DNA from: Mobula hypostoma
Taxonomy: Eukaryota
Length of the DNA stretch: 64,000 nt
Reading direction: 5' to 3'
Assembly: GCF_963921235.1 (NCBI RefSeq)
Contig: NC_086118.1
Coordinates: 25,546,001 to 25,610,000, forward strand
Made by a program: the position numbers and the translations under genes. Positions 50,910 to 64,000 of the stretch are shown here, piece after piece. How positions within the stretch are numbered: position 1 is the stretch's first letter; each line of letters begins with the position of its first letter. The notes beneath the pieces were generated by a model. It saw nothing but the letters and a program-made list of their open reading frames with translations, searched no databases and was not told the DNA's origin.

Positions 50910-53246
50910 CTGTCATTCCCAAAGTGGGCAATATCATCCCTGAGTGTAGTGGGTGTTTATAAGGGGGCAGTGGAGTACTCAGTAGCAAGGGGGACAGCTG
51001 AGGAATTACGGGCTTCAGAGATGATTTATTACAAGCATTTGATCCTCAGTGCCTCAATTGATGACAGTGATCACAATCACCTTCTCTTACTTACGCACTC
51101 TCAGACTTTGCTTGAAGCATATTACAGTTGTTGAAAATCAATGAGACACTTCCCATGAGGACACCGTTTCATGTTCAATATTTGTTGCTTATTTATTACT
51201 TTTATACTTTGATAAATTTACTTTGAACTTCTGTATTTGACATATGAGAAATCTGGACTGAAGGGATAATGTTATTTTTAGGCCCAGCCTATACTTTATT
51301 GCTGCTCATTACTGTAGTACAGTGTTTACTAGTACAATTCCCATACTCCAATCAGTGATGCACTTGTGAATTTGGGCATGGTGTTCAATGGGGTAAAGTT
51401 TGGAATCTGCCCTTTTGAATGGTCTTGACCATATTTCTCTAGCCCACAGCCCAACTGAGATATTGCTGCCCCACTTTATGTACCTTAAGGCAGAGAGCCA
51501 GGATTTGACTGAGCTATGGCATCATAACGTTCCCCGTTATTGTTCACAGCATTTGAGGTTGGACTTAAATAATAGGCTATTCACAGTGTTCATCAATCCT
51601 TAGAAATGGCAGAAGCAAACCAAGTAAAAATGTAGACAATGTGGAGCATCTGAAATGTGGAATCATACCAGCACCAACCAACAGCAGCCAATGTGTCTGT
51701 TGTGTGGAAAAGATTTTTCCAAATGAGGAAACATTTAAAGAGAATACAGACTGATATAGCAAATGAGAACTTGGCTTATTTTCAGTCACTTCATGAAAAC
51801 CTTCAGAAACAGAAAACACTTCAAAACATGCTTGCCAGAACTTCACAAAACAGTGATGGTTTGCATGGTTAGGCTTGCTTCATGAAAGATCAAAGCATGG
51901 CTCGAGTTGTTGTTTGCAAGGGGATTAAAAACACAAGGAGTCATCCATATTTCAAGTTGCTGAGCAATTTTTCAAAGAAAGGCATTGCGTGAATCAACAT
52001 TCTCGGTTGTGCAACAGATGGGTACCTTCAATGACAGGATGCCACTGCAGGGCTATTACTTTCCTGAAATAAAAATGTTCCCAAAATATTTACTATGTAC
52101 TAACTCAGACATCTTGTCACAAAAAAACCCGTGATAAACTGCACAATTTAAACACTGTTATCACAGCTGTAAATATAATCAAGTCCCATGCTCTCAATTC
52201 TCAACCATTTCAAGAGCTCTGTATTGAGAAGGAAGTTTGAACATTTGCTGTTGCACGGAGGTCAGATGGCTCTCAAAAGGAAACTGACCAAGGTACATTT
52301 ATGTGCTTTTGAAACTTGTAAAATGCTTTGAAAACTCAAATGCTTCATTCAGTAATCAACTCAATATTAGGCACAGCACTGCTTATTTGTCAAATTATTC
52401 ACCAAGTTTAATGAAATCAATCTTCAATTGCAAAGAAATGTGAATCTTATCAAAGTTAAATCAGTTGTCATCACATTTCTGTCCAAGTTAACCTTATTTA
52501 AGTGCAACATTGGCCACTGGGACCTTCTCCAATTTCCGAACCAGAGTTGGAAGAGAAAAATATCAAATGACTGTTGTCACGTATATGTGCCTACCTGGGT
52601 GAGCGGCATAAAGACATGTCAGATTTCAGGATTTTTCTCTCCATTCAAATTCCAGATTGGGTAATAAATCCATTCCTGAACACTTGTAGAGAGAAATTAA
52701 CAGGAAGGATGAAGAACTGATTGCTACAAAATGACTGAGCTAAAGCAGAGGTTTAAAAAAAAATAATAAATCAGACTTCTGATTGCAGCAAGGAATCACT
52801 TAACCCAATCCTGAATTTTAAAAAGGACAAGATAATCCTTTGGGCCTTTCCAACACAATATTTAGCAGTGTGATTTCAGCACAGTTGCCCAACTTCCTTC
52901 AAGGCAACAAAACGGATTGCGAATCTGATGTTGAAAAGTTGCTATCACTGAACCAAGCCCATCCATCTCACTGAAATGTGAAAAAATAACAGTGAATAGT
53001 TGGACTATTAATGTATGCTCCAAAATTGTTGAAAATTCTTTACAATGAAATAATTTTATTTGCAGGTTTTTGAATAACTTTTGCAACTGCTAGTTACTGC
53101 GTTGAATTTGCAGTTCTTATTTTCTTTCACTGTGTCACAAATCAAAATTCTTCAGTTTTTACGTAATGCCAGACAGGGAGACAGTACAAGGTATGTGGTC
53201 TGGGAATCCAAAGAGGCAGTAACCCAAAAAAGTTTGGGAACCGTTG
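50910..53246 (+). mobile_element. Decayed hAT (Charlie/Buster-like) DNA transposon
   Basis: Termini CTGTCATTCCCAAAGT and AGTTTGGGAACCGTTG; 8-bp flanks AACTAGAG / AATTAGAA. Transposase remnants from ATG at about 51606 (VEHLKCGIIPAPTN, PMCLLC, HLKRI..NLAYFQSL), ATDG near 52011 and TEVRWLSKGN near 52255-52285. Confidence 0.82.
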
Positions 53247-55779
53247 AATTAGAAGATACTATATTATCCCAAGGTTAGTGATTAGACTTCGTATATGATA
53301 GTGTTGGCATGCACTAAATGTTGTTTATCCTTTGATGCCACCAAACTAGGTAAACCTCAACTCTAATCCAGTTGCTTTTCAAATTAAACAAACCAAACCC
53401 CTTTAGTATGCCATAAAAAGGACCCAAGAGACTATTTTCACTTTAAGCTCTCATTTACTTTCAACCAAAAATACTAAAGCTCCTTCCTCTCCCCGCCCCC
53501 TTTAATAAAGGGGATTTTTTTTTTTTAAATGGGCATTCACAGAATTAAAATGGTGCAGAAGTGATCAATTTGGGTGTGCTTCCACTTCAACTCCCATGTC
53601 CTACATTCCCAGAAAGCCCTGCAAACTTTCCTTTACCTTCTCACTTCCCTACTGAATGCCTTCTCCTTCACAAGTAATGACTTGTATATGAAAAGTGTTT
53701 CCTTACATCTGCCTGCTTATGATTAAAATTCTAAGTCCTATTCCCACTCAATTCACAAACCAAATTCAGTTTTGAAACTGAAAATTTTTTGTTTAAGATA
53801 CTTGTATAGAATCACCATTGCATATCGTCAGCATTTAAATGTTCATTGCAGCCAGCTAATTTAGCTTTCCTCATTACTGTACAAGTATTCAGAGTCCACT
53901 TTCCATTTTAGTTTGCTTCTTCCAGTTATTCACCCAAAGCAATGCAAGCAATTGTTATTGAAATATTCAAGTTACAGTGCCTCATACAGATTTTTGGTTT
54001 TGTTACATTCAAGTACATTGTTATAAATAGCCACTGCAACCAATAACTGGCCTTTCCTGTTTACTACAACAGAACAGTTGCTCTCTTCACATTAAAAATC
54101 AGCTGCGTAGTCACTGGCTATTCTATTCCTATACTTACTGTGCTGGAACAGGGCTTCACACTTGGTTATGCTTAAATTTAATCTGGTAATTTCATGGGGC
54201 TCAATGCATTTATATCATTAATCATGAAATCACCAAGAGTTATTAAGTACAAGGAATGTGTCATGTGAATGATACTTTTGGTACCTTATGTTCATCATCT
54301 TTGGGAGTCATCAGCAACTTCAACCAGAGTTCTACACAGCCCAAAATGTACTTAGCTTCCAGTGCCCAAATGTGACATAAAGGAAACTTGTACCTGATCC
54401 CCATCTACAACATCATTTCACTATCCCTGATGCTAAAAAGTATACATGGACTGGGCTCTGGTTATTTTTAATTAGTTAAAAGAAAAGGATCATTCACTTC
54501 AAGGACGAGAGGCTTCTAGAGAAAGAAATGTTACTGAAGAAACTATGTGAACCTGTTCAAGGAAAACCTAATGCAAGGTTATTTAACCATGTTAAGTTTA
54601 CTAACTAGATGAAATTGTGCTCAATTTCAGAACCTGAATCCAGAACCCCGATTACTAGTTCAGCTGTAATTTAACTGCATGGCAAGAACTCATCTCACCA
54701 GATAGACTAACGCAGCTGCTTACCAATAAAACAATCACAATAGGATTAGTCTAAAACTAACAGTTAGTCTCTTGTAGTGAACCAATATTATGCAATCACT
54801 AAGCAGCTGTTGAAAGTCCATTTTGCTTAACTATGCAATAGACTTGACCACCTGGTCTATCTCTACTCAGTCTTGAAACATATGGAAACAAGAAACTCAG
54901 TAACCATGATATAGTCTCTAAACAAAACAACCATTATAGCGATTTAGGATTACATTAACAGTCAAATGTATGGTTCACTTCCATACTGGCCCAACATGCA
55001 TTGCAATTGCAGTTACAATACATTTGATGTTCAACTGTTCAAACATTTAGTGGACTAATATGCTATTTTAAGCATTGCTGATTTAATCAACTTTCATCCT
55101 CAATGTACATACCAATTATTCACATTTATAATTGCATCACAACCAGCAGTCAAAGTGGGCAAACCATAATGAGAAAAGTAATTTACAAAAAAATCCTGAG
55201 TAGAGTATGCTGCCAAGCTCCCGATAGTCTTCTGGCACGTTTCCATTCTCAAACCAACTGATAAAGTTCAATAACTGAGTTGGCCTTTAAGTTTAACAAG
55301 ACCAAGCTAGATTCATCCAACTGGTGAACAACTATACTTCCTACACCCCTGTATCCACCATCAAGAAAATAAGCAATGTAAATTCACACTCAAACTTAAC
55401 TTGTCAATAACCTACTCCATTACAGGTGATCAGTGGCACAGGCTTGCAATTTTATTATTGGTTCAAACTTCCCAATGATGAACTGCCACTTTTCCATGAT
55501 GAACTTTTGTTGGGAACTTGCCTCAACCAACACTTCACAGTAGCCACTTTGGCTCCTCAGTGAGCTTCCACCACCCACATCTACCTAAAAAAATCCAGCA
55601 AATCATTTCCTTTTTACTGTCTTCAAATGGGTGGAAAAGTTAAGCAGTTAAGGAAGAGATACATGTGCAAACATGTACGCTGGCCATTTAGGTAGAAAAC
55701 CAAAAATTTTAAAATAAAGTATTTTTATACTGGTGTGCTCATTATGTAAACACCCATAGACAAACAATTAAGCTAGCAA

Positions 55780-56320
55780 ATGGCACAGTGGCCTTGTTAC
55801 AAAAGAGCTGGAATATAAAGGAAGTTTTGATAAGAATTTAATTAGATTTCAGCAAAACTACACTTAAGACATATGGAGAGATTTGGTCTTCATACATCTT
55901 AGCCTTAGAGATAAATGTAGATTTAACACTGGTTTCTGGAAAAAAAAAGGTGCAATCTGGCAAGCAATTGAGTTTAGCAAAATGAGAGACACTCTCATTA
56001 AGGCAGTCAAAATACGGAGTGAGATTTATCGGAGATACCAAAAGTCCTTTGTTTCAACTCCCCAGCTATAAGCAAATGGGGAATAATTTCAAAATAAGAG
56101 AAGGCTTTAGACCAAAATGGCAACATTTCACCCAACAAGATTGCAAATATTTGCAGTCTTCTATTTTAAATGGTTGTGTACGTCAGTATATTCAAGGACA
56201 CAATCAATATATTTTTGGACACCAAAGATGAGACATTTGAGTAATTTTCAGGCATAGCATTCAGCCATGACATAAAAGGAGGAACAGAGTAGAGGAGCTA
56301 TATGGCTTACTCTAATCTAC
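55780..56320 (+). mobile_element. Old CR1 3' remnant
   Basis: GGCCTTGTTACAAAAGAGCTGGAATATAAAGG; TTCAGCCATGA..GGAGGAACAGAGTAGAGGAGCTATATGGCTTACTC. Confidence 0.65.
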
Positions 56321-57749
56321 AGCAATAATAGGGGACACAGCAGTACCAGCCTGGAAAACTTGCAAGGCCCTGGAGTAGATGTGCAGTCCAAAAGGTCCCA
56401 ACAGTGAGCCAAGCTCAGAAGGGTTAATCCTGAACTCACTTGACACTACATTCTCTCTATTGGCTCATTTGGCTTTAAATCCCAACTACAAGAATGAATG
56501 GAAGCTTTCCCTGCTGACAAGGCCAGACTTTGTGAAAATATCTTAATCCACTGACTCATTCTTCTCCCTTCTCAGCCCACACTTCCTCCATCAGCTTAGT
56601 TCTTAGACTGAGTAGATGCTCATACACGTCATCTCGCCCCTTGGCTACAAAAGTAGCATTAATTTGAATTTTTTTTTTTAAAGTTAGACTAACATAAATT
56701 CTGCAACTTCAGATAAACTGCTCACCCTCCATCTTTTGTCTCCCCCACTTACCCAGTTCCTCCTAGACATAAAGCCCAACCCTCCAAACACCCCATTTGC
56801 CATCCATTACTCACACTCCTCCAATTGCATCTAGTTCCCTATTTTCCCATCTGCCCACCCCACACCTTATACCCACTCTTCCCACCAGCTGTCCATCAAC
56901 CCTACTCACCAGGCTCCACATATCACTTACCACGGCTCATCCCATCACTTCCCCTCTTTCAGTCTAGATGAAAAATTCTGACCCAAAGGATCAACAATCT
57001 ATTTCCCTCCACAGATGCTCCCTCATTCACCGAGTTTCTCCAGCATCTTATTACTAGACTAGCAACCAAATTCAATAGTCCAGTCTACTAGTCCAGTTCC
57101 ATTGAAGGGTTAAGCCCTGCAAGGGTCACACCACAGGATATACCACACATTGGACAGGTTAGATATATAGCTTACCTGCTTGTCAAAAGTCACTTCTGTC
57201 ATGATTGATTAGTTTACAAACTGCAGCTACTTTTCCCATTGGTTGGCTACCTAGTGTCAAGTTTCAAATATCCCGAGTATAAAGGCTAACACACGGGAAC
57301 GTCTTTCTTTTCCCCCTTTGTCCAAGGAATGTCGCACAAAACCATTGGGAAAGTACGCTACATGCATGCTCTTGTTGCCCATTGAATATTTAGTTCTGTT
57401 TGTGCAACTTGAGGGAACAAATGTTTGGTTGAATTTTTTACTCTGTAAATAACTGATTATACCAATTCAGTGTTTTCTGTCTCACTCACCAAACCCATGA
57501 ACCAGCTTCAGTGTTACAGTAGCCCACGGCTTTTGGGGAAAAACTCATCTCCCTCCATCAAGATATAAAGCAGTATGCAATGTAAAAAGGAAACCCATTT
57601 TAAGCCAAAGATAGATCTAGAAATTTATAATCTCTAACCCAGACTCCAGCCAATGTGCAATTTTGAAAAAGCTTACAAACTCAATGCAAATGACATGATG
57701 AATTTTATATTACTTATTCTACTCCCATAAATCCAGATTTCCATCTTAC

Positions 57750-57906
57750 CCTGCAACATGCTTCTGTAAGCACTTTCAGAGATGGCATAGATGTGTGGAG
57801 GCATCTCATGTCGCTTTTTCCCTCTGTACATGTCAATAATTTGTTCTGCATAAATGGGAAGATTCTTGTATGGATTTATCACCACACAGAACAGTCCAGA
57901 GTATGT
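57750..57906 (-). CDS. MYH10: MYH10 coding exon (157 nt): [52 protein letters not shown] + first base of D
   Basis: Classic myosin II head sequence. Acceptor TTTCTGTTTTCCTCTTAG (AG at 57908-57907), donor [33 protein letters not shown] resembles II-B rather than II-A or smooth muscle myosin. Confidence 0.97.
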
Positions 57907-60900
57907 CTAAGAGGAAAACAGAAACCATTAGATTGCTTTTTAACAGTAGTATGTAATTAAGATCAACAAATATTCTAGCATCAAGAATCACAAACAATCT
58001 GTAACATCTTAAACTACTAAACTTCATATTCCCACACTTCCCTTTCAAAATACACAGGTTAGAGAAAAACATGTGCTCTTCAGCATTTCATTCAATCAGT
58101 GGACTTACTGAAACTGGACTTCTAATATTCTGAAATTACAAAATCCAGTCAGTTCTTCATAATTATCCACATAAGTAACTATTTAGATGAACAACCCAGT
58201 GCCATTCTATGAACTTGGGACTGAGCTCCAAGTTGAAACGGGTATTAACTCAATTCTGCTACTAACTGGGGCAATAAATTCTATGCTGCTATTCTCAGTT
58301 CTGAAGGGTCTTAACTCAGAACATCAACTGTTTATTCATTTTAATAGATGCTACCTGGCCTGCTGAGTTTCTCCAGCATTGTGTGTGTCTCCTCTCAATC
58401 CAGCTTATATTTTTGATCTTGTTATCCAGGAGAATCAATTTATTTTGGCAACTCTATTTTCCACAATAGCTTTAGGAAGAGCTTAAATCCTCCAACATAA
58501 TCTGCTGTTTTAAGGAATAAACAGCATCTGTTTTGACCAATCAGGCAGAAGCCAAATTAACCTTTCATCTTTTTTCAAAACCTTTTGGAAATCCACTACT
58601 GGAACTCAAATAGTGTAGGAATTGTAGCTGCAACAAGAGGAAAACTGTCAACACTTGCCATCATTACTCTAAAAGTGAGAGCAACTCCAACCTCTGCCAA
58701 TATAGAATATAGTTAAATCACAAAATCTAAACCTGCTTGTGAACATTGCACTCAGTATTGTTCATAGTGCAGCAATTTGGAACAGTCTTCAAATGTTTAA
58801 TTAATATCACTGCTATAAAAATCAAAAAAGTTAGTTGAGCATGGTGTAACAGAATACCAGCAAGTTATTGCTACCAAACAATCTTTCTGCCCTTTGATTT
58901 TGAAAGAATATCACTCAAAGCACGTTATAGCCCTGCATTGCATACTGAATTCTAAATAGAAGACTCCTTAACCAGATTGATAAAAGTCACTGCTGCTCAA
59001 ACCAGAAAGCAAAACTCATGTTGCATGGGTTGATTAAACTTCATGGAGTGGTTTCTGTGAAGTTAGTATTGAGCAAATGAATGGCAAGGTCACACGTCTT
59101 TCTCCCCCAATTCTTATCAGTTGGTATACAAAACAGCCTTTGTATTGAGTAATAATGGAAATAACTTGGAGTTTCAATCACAGGACAAGATTTTTTTTGG
59201 GCGACATTGGGGTGAAGGAATGTTAGTCATCGTACAACTGCTTGTTTTACCCCACCCTCAGGGAAGCAATACAGAATTCATTCACATCCCACACAACCTC
59301 ATGGTTCCAGAACATATCCTTCACCGTCAAAGAAAGCTCACAAACACCTCTACTGGAGAGAGCATGCTCAGATGCATGGTACAACGCATCCTGCCAGCTG
59401 CAGTTTCTGTATAGTGACATAGTCAAAACTACCCAACACATCACTGGCGCCAGCCTACCCACCATCAAGAACATATATACAGAAAGATGCTGGAAAAGGG
59501 CCAATAACATGAAAGATCCCACACACCGTGCTCATGAACCGTTTTTCTTGTGCTGCATTGGATCTGGAGTAACCACTGATTTCTGGCTGCTCATCAGAAA
59601 GAGAAAGCCACAAAGCCTTCTGGATTTGCTCAACAAATTCACCATCATGGAAGATCCGAAGCTTCAAGTTCATCTTGCAGACCCAATTCCCAAATTCTCA
59701 TTCCGTTGTGCCCAAAAATCTAAACTCAGCCATTTATGTACTTCCAGATGTCTTTGAGGGGATTGCATTGGAATCCAATCATTCAGAGCAAAGTTGGAAG
59801 CTGCTCTCCAGCATTTATGCTGGGAAAATCTGCCCACTGGATGGGCACCACGTAAAACCCGGCAGAGGAGCAGCAATTCCAGTTACATCCATGGAAGAGG
59901 GATCTGTGCAAGTGAGCTAGTTAGTATTAACTCAATTTAAAAACAAAGATCTAAATTGTAACCGAAGATTTAAAAATTTTAAATGTGCGCAACGTTTATT
60001 TGAGCATTTTAGTTTTTAACAGTTTTTGACAACTTGGACACATGACCAAGCCAGCAGAGAAAGAAACGAATACAAAATACCTCTGCTGCTAGATTCAACT
60101 CAAATTTAAAAATCAATAAACAACATTCCTGTAACTCCCTCTGGTTTATTGTATAGCTGAAATACATTTGCTTAAGCAGGCCAAAACCATGGGCGAAAGA
60201 TATAATCAAGAGGTAATCAGGCACCACGGTGGCCTAGTGATTAACACAACACTTACAGTTCAGAGTTCAATTCCAGTGCTGTCTGTCAGGAGTTTTTATG
60301 TTCTCCCCGTGTCTGCATGGGTTTCCCCTAAGTGTTCTGGTTTATTCAGTCCAAGGACATACAGGTTACTAAATTAATTGGTTCTGTGCATTATCCTGTG
60401 ATCAGGCTAGTGTAAAATTGGTGGGTTGTTGGGTGATGCAGCTCATTAGGCTGAAAGGCTGTATCTCCAAACAGGTCTGAAACCTAGAAACAAACTCAGA
60501 GCACTTCAGCTCCTGAGTTTTGTTCAGTTGCATCACGAAGAGGTTATACTGCACTCAACCCACACTACATTGCCATGAACATCGAAGATCCAGTCAGCTT
60601 GTGAGCACAAATACCAACTGCAGGGAAGTTTGTAATTATGTAGATCTGAGGTGCACAAGGCTCAGCATTGTCTTCAAGGTTTGAACCCTTGGCATATTTC
60701 TAGGTAACTACAGAAAGCTCATTTTCATGTCAACAATGTGGTTGTGAAAAGTGACATTGGATTATAAAGTCACATTTGTTCAGGATTCGAGCGAATTCCA
60801 TACTTGCTCCAGTGTGTGTTAACTGAAAGATATTTCACATCAACTTTACCAGCAGTTGAAACGAAATTAAGGACAAAACTTTTCTGGATATTGGTGGGAA

Positions 60901-63739
60901 GAGCACCAATCTGCATTGTTAAACAGGTTTATATGGCAATAGTACTCAAGTATTTAAAACCTATTATTGGACAAATTTAAGCAGAGTGCAAAAATGAATG
61001 CCTGATCACCCAAAATTATGGAAATGCTGTCAGCCTAAAACCACAGTAGGTACTAGTGGTGTAATAAGATTTTTTTTTAGGTTTAGGATAGCTTTAGGTT
61101 TCTGCTTGGTCATTTCAAGTACCCATTTAGTCCTGGTTGTTGAGTTGAGCTCAGCTCCTCTCCGTGCCTTCTGGCACATTGAGTGGCAACCTTGCTGTTC
61201 CTGTAGCATTTGTCTGTGTTTTTTTTAAAAAAACAAGACCAGGTTGCTAGCTCAATGCTCAACCCAAACCCAGCATGAGGGAAAGTGTGCAAGGAGCTGG
61301 CCAGATTCAAACCCGGGACCCACTCACACCAAGTCCTGTGCAGATGCCACTAACTACCAGCTGGCTGATTTAGTTCCTGGGACCCAGTCAAATTGATCCT
61401 TCACTCTTCAAGTAAGTTGATTAAAAATTTTGTTAATTGAGATACTTCACAATATTTGTAATACTATATACAAGTATGACCAAATTCACTGGTATTGAAC
61501 ATGTAGACAGCAGTTTGGTAAAGAGTTTCATTGCATTTAGGTGGTTAGTTATTAGTCAATTTTCAAACAGCATTTTGCTACAGTTATGGCCTTTGTCAAC
61601 CCTGAAGAAAATCAATTTCTGTTCTGTCAGCTTTACCCCACCTCATTAAAAAAAATGGTCCAGCAAACACCAAATCAAATTTTTTGACAAAGATTTGTTT
61701 ACTGAGGAAGACGTGGCACCACAAAAAGTGAAATCAAACTTTGAACGGTTAATTTGATACTTCTCCATCTTTGCATCTAATATTCAAACACTTAATTCAA
61801 ACTCTTGCATGGGGGCCAGATGGATTCCTCACTGGGTCACACAGCTCAATTTGAGAAATAAGGAAACACAATTATAAAAGAATGCTTCAGCTGTCATGAC
61901 AAATTTAGAAGTGAAACAGGTTTTCCAGCTCAGAGCTGCAGAGTACAGCCAAAGTTTCTACCCCAAACAGCCCAAAACCAAAGAGGCAATTAACTTTGGG
62001 GCCAAGGAAATCAAACTTGGACATTTCAGCTCACACACCCAAAACTAGCCTGTAGATCTAAAACAAAATCAGTATTGCAGATTGCAAGGCAACCAGACTA
62101 ATGTGTTGGAGGAAAGGTGTGGTTACAATCACTTAAAAGGCTTTTGCAAAATTTTTGTTGTTTGCTACATTGTTAAATAAAAACTCAGTCTGGCCATGAT
62201 TACAAACTTCATTTTTAAAGAATGCTTATACAATGAAATCAGTTTAAGGTAATGAATAACACATTTACTATCAGAACTGCAAAGCTAGCTTAACTAATCA
62301 CATCAGTTAAAAAACGAAAGCCTGACAATCAGCATTTCTACCATGGTTCAATTCCACAGAAGTCTTCTTGCTAGTAAACAAAATTTTTAAGAAAACATAC
62401 CCACCTAAAAGATGTTTAAGCTGACCAACATTAAAGGCAGTACCATTGTTATAGTCTGTTTGAACAATTTGACTTGTATAGTCTTAATTCACATGTTCAG
62501 CATGTGAGAACAAATATTCAGTCTAGAACATTGACGCCAATCACCTTGGGAACTGCAAAGGTCAATAGCTACTCTTGGGCTTGTGGTGTTCTATACCTTT
62601 CCTGTTATATAGCCAAATAAGCTCCTTAGCTACTACCTGCATTTTAAAATAATACAATGTAAATGTGTTTGTTTCCTACTTGTGACATTGGACTGAGCTC
62701 AGTGCGACTTCCCCACCCCAGATTCAGTAATGGACACTGCACAGTCTCAATCTGCACCACAGACACGGTGTAGATCTGACATTACTGACAGAAGACACAG
62801 TGACAGACTCTGAAAAGTGCATATACAGCTATAAGTGAAACTGCCTATTTTTAAACTGACTCCATCCTAAAACATCTTGCCAACACTGGCTCGATGGAAT
62901 TATTCCCCAGGTCTACTTCATTTGACCCTACCATTTCCTTCCGTCTCCTTCAAAAGGATTAATAATTCCACATGACTATGAATGCTAGATTTGGTCAAAT
63001 GTTAATATCTCATATAAGATTTTTGCTTAATAACCATCACATGCAGTACTTGCGCTCAATCTTAAGGAAAGCATGCTGCATATCTTTAAAAGTTCATATC
63101 CTGCCCTTGATCCTGACTATCAAGTGATCATGAACAGGGCTGGTAATATCAGCCCATTTGACCAACCCTTTTTTAAAGAACACAGGAACAGTTTAGTAAA
63201 AATTATTGAAGAAATAGGAATATTTCTCTTCTCCACCCTTAAAAAAAAGGGTGGAAGATTTAGCATGCTGATTAACTGAAGGGACTGCCCAGTAAAGACC
63301 TCAAGATCAGATGCAATTACTAACCTGTACTGAAACAGTCACAGTACTGCACAGTAAACAAGGGCAATAACCCTTGGCCCCAGTGGCCAGACTCTTGATA
63401 CATCACATCAAATTGAGACTGCTTATGAACTACACCCATCTGTATAAACAGATTTGGCACAACAGCTCCTTTATACATATTTGGAGAGGGTTATGAGACA
63501 AGGAGAACATGGCTGGATAACAATATTAATTGAACAGCTAGATACTATTTCCAGGCAGTTACTCAGTGTTGTTTTTCTAAAAAGTTCAATGGGCTTCAAG
63601 TGCTTACATAATAGTGAGAAACCAAGTATAGCAGAATTTGTTTCTAGTCCTGGCAGAACTTCAACAATGGTCAATAATTTAACAAACTAGACAGAATAAT
63701 TTGTCATCTCAAAATTGTAAAACATCTTACAGCAAATCA

Positions 63740-64000
63740 AAGATGAAATTCTGCAGATGCTGAAAACCTAGTGAAACACAAAATGCTAGAGCACAGGCTC
63801 CAACCCGAGGTCCATGGATCCCTTGCTTAATGGTACTGGTTCCTGGCACGAGGACTGGGAACCCAGCACCAAAAGGAGCTCAGCAGGTCAGGCAGCATCA
63901 ATGGAAATGAATAAACAGGGGATGTTTCGGACTGAGACACTTTATTAAAAAAAAACCACGTATGAAGGGTCTCGGCCTGAAACTTCAATTGTTATTTCCA
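63740..64000. mobile_element. Older fold-back Penelope terminus (runs off the window) with a short possible hAT-MITE insert at about 63793-63866
   Basis: TTCTGCAGATGCTG..CAGCAGGTCAGGCAGCATC..GATGTTTCGGACTGAGAC, then inverted ATGAAGGGTCTCGGCCTGAAACTTCAA. Confidence 0.6.

Larger units (their letters stand above)
20819..57749 (-). other. MYH10: 36,931-nt GT-AG intron of MYH10, rich in transposon fossils
   Basis: Bounded by the donor at 57749 and the acceptor at 20819. The flanking exons join in frame (MLQ-D-REDQ) with no myosin residues missing. Confidence 0.93.

Noticed and set aside
50450..50962. 170-aa plus-strand ORF
   Set aside because: Spans a SINE relic and the hAT terminus, has no recognisable domain, and is antisense within an intron.
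57171..57192. Minus-strand CAG|GTAAGC as a recursive splice site in the 37-kb intron
   Set aside because: No proper polypyrimidine tract upstream, only about 570 nt from the real donor, and within a probable repeat.
57100..57518. Possible solo LTR (ATTGG box, TATAAA near 57278, ends TGTTACA)
   Set aside because: No convincing 5' terminus or target-site duplication could be identified by eye.
57673..57885. ORF-track 70-aa myosin-like ORF as a standalone gene
   Set aside because: It is an internal exon (57750-57906). The tail GKMEIWIY.. is read-through past the GTAAG donor.
59242..59757. 171-aa plus-strand ORF
   Set aside because: Patchwork of decayed LINE 3' sequence (Rex1-like HITGASLPTIKNIY) and another repeat relic.
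57907..64000. First coding exon of MYH10 (ending ..YSGLIY)
   Set aside because: Searched by eye on the minus strand and not found; it presumably lies beyond the window.

Overview
Vertebrate (eukaryotic) genomic DNA, not prokaryotic. The repeat landscape (CR1, Penelope-like, Rex1/Babar, HE1/V-SINE-like, Tc1, hAT) suggests a cartilaginous fish, probably a ray; this is an inference. The whole window lies inside one minus-strand gene, non-muscle myosin heavy chain II-B (MYH10). I read six motor-domain exons by hand: 57750-57906, 20791-20818, 15910-16012, 14611-14640, 12104-12124 and 2319-2411. They splice in frame to [96 protein letters not shown][LESPKPVKHQ]-[SGTSMLY][31 protein letters not shown]. 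Only the first exon appears in the ORF track. The most notable observations are: (1) two tandem loop-1 microexons, a 30-nt exon with a GC donor and a 21-nt exon, with branch-point, UGC and UGCAUG signals; (2) minimal hammerhead-ribozyme motifs in Penelope-derived termini, and several tiny fold-back Penelope insertions with 13-15 bp target-site duplications; (3) a near-perfect 128-bp inverted local duplication; (4) several nested insertions whose order can be read. Nearly all other ORFs in the track are decayed transposon fragments or spurious. Boundaries of old repeats are approximate.
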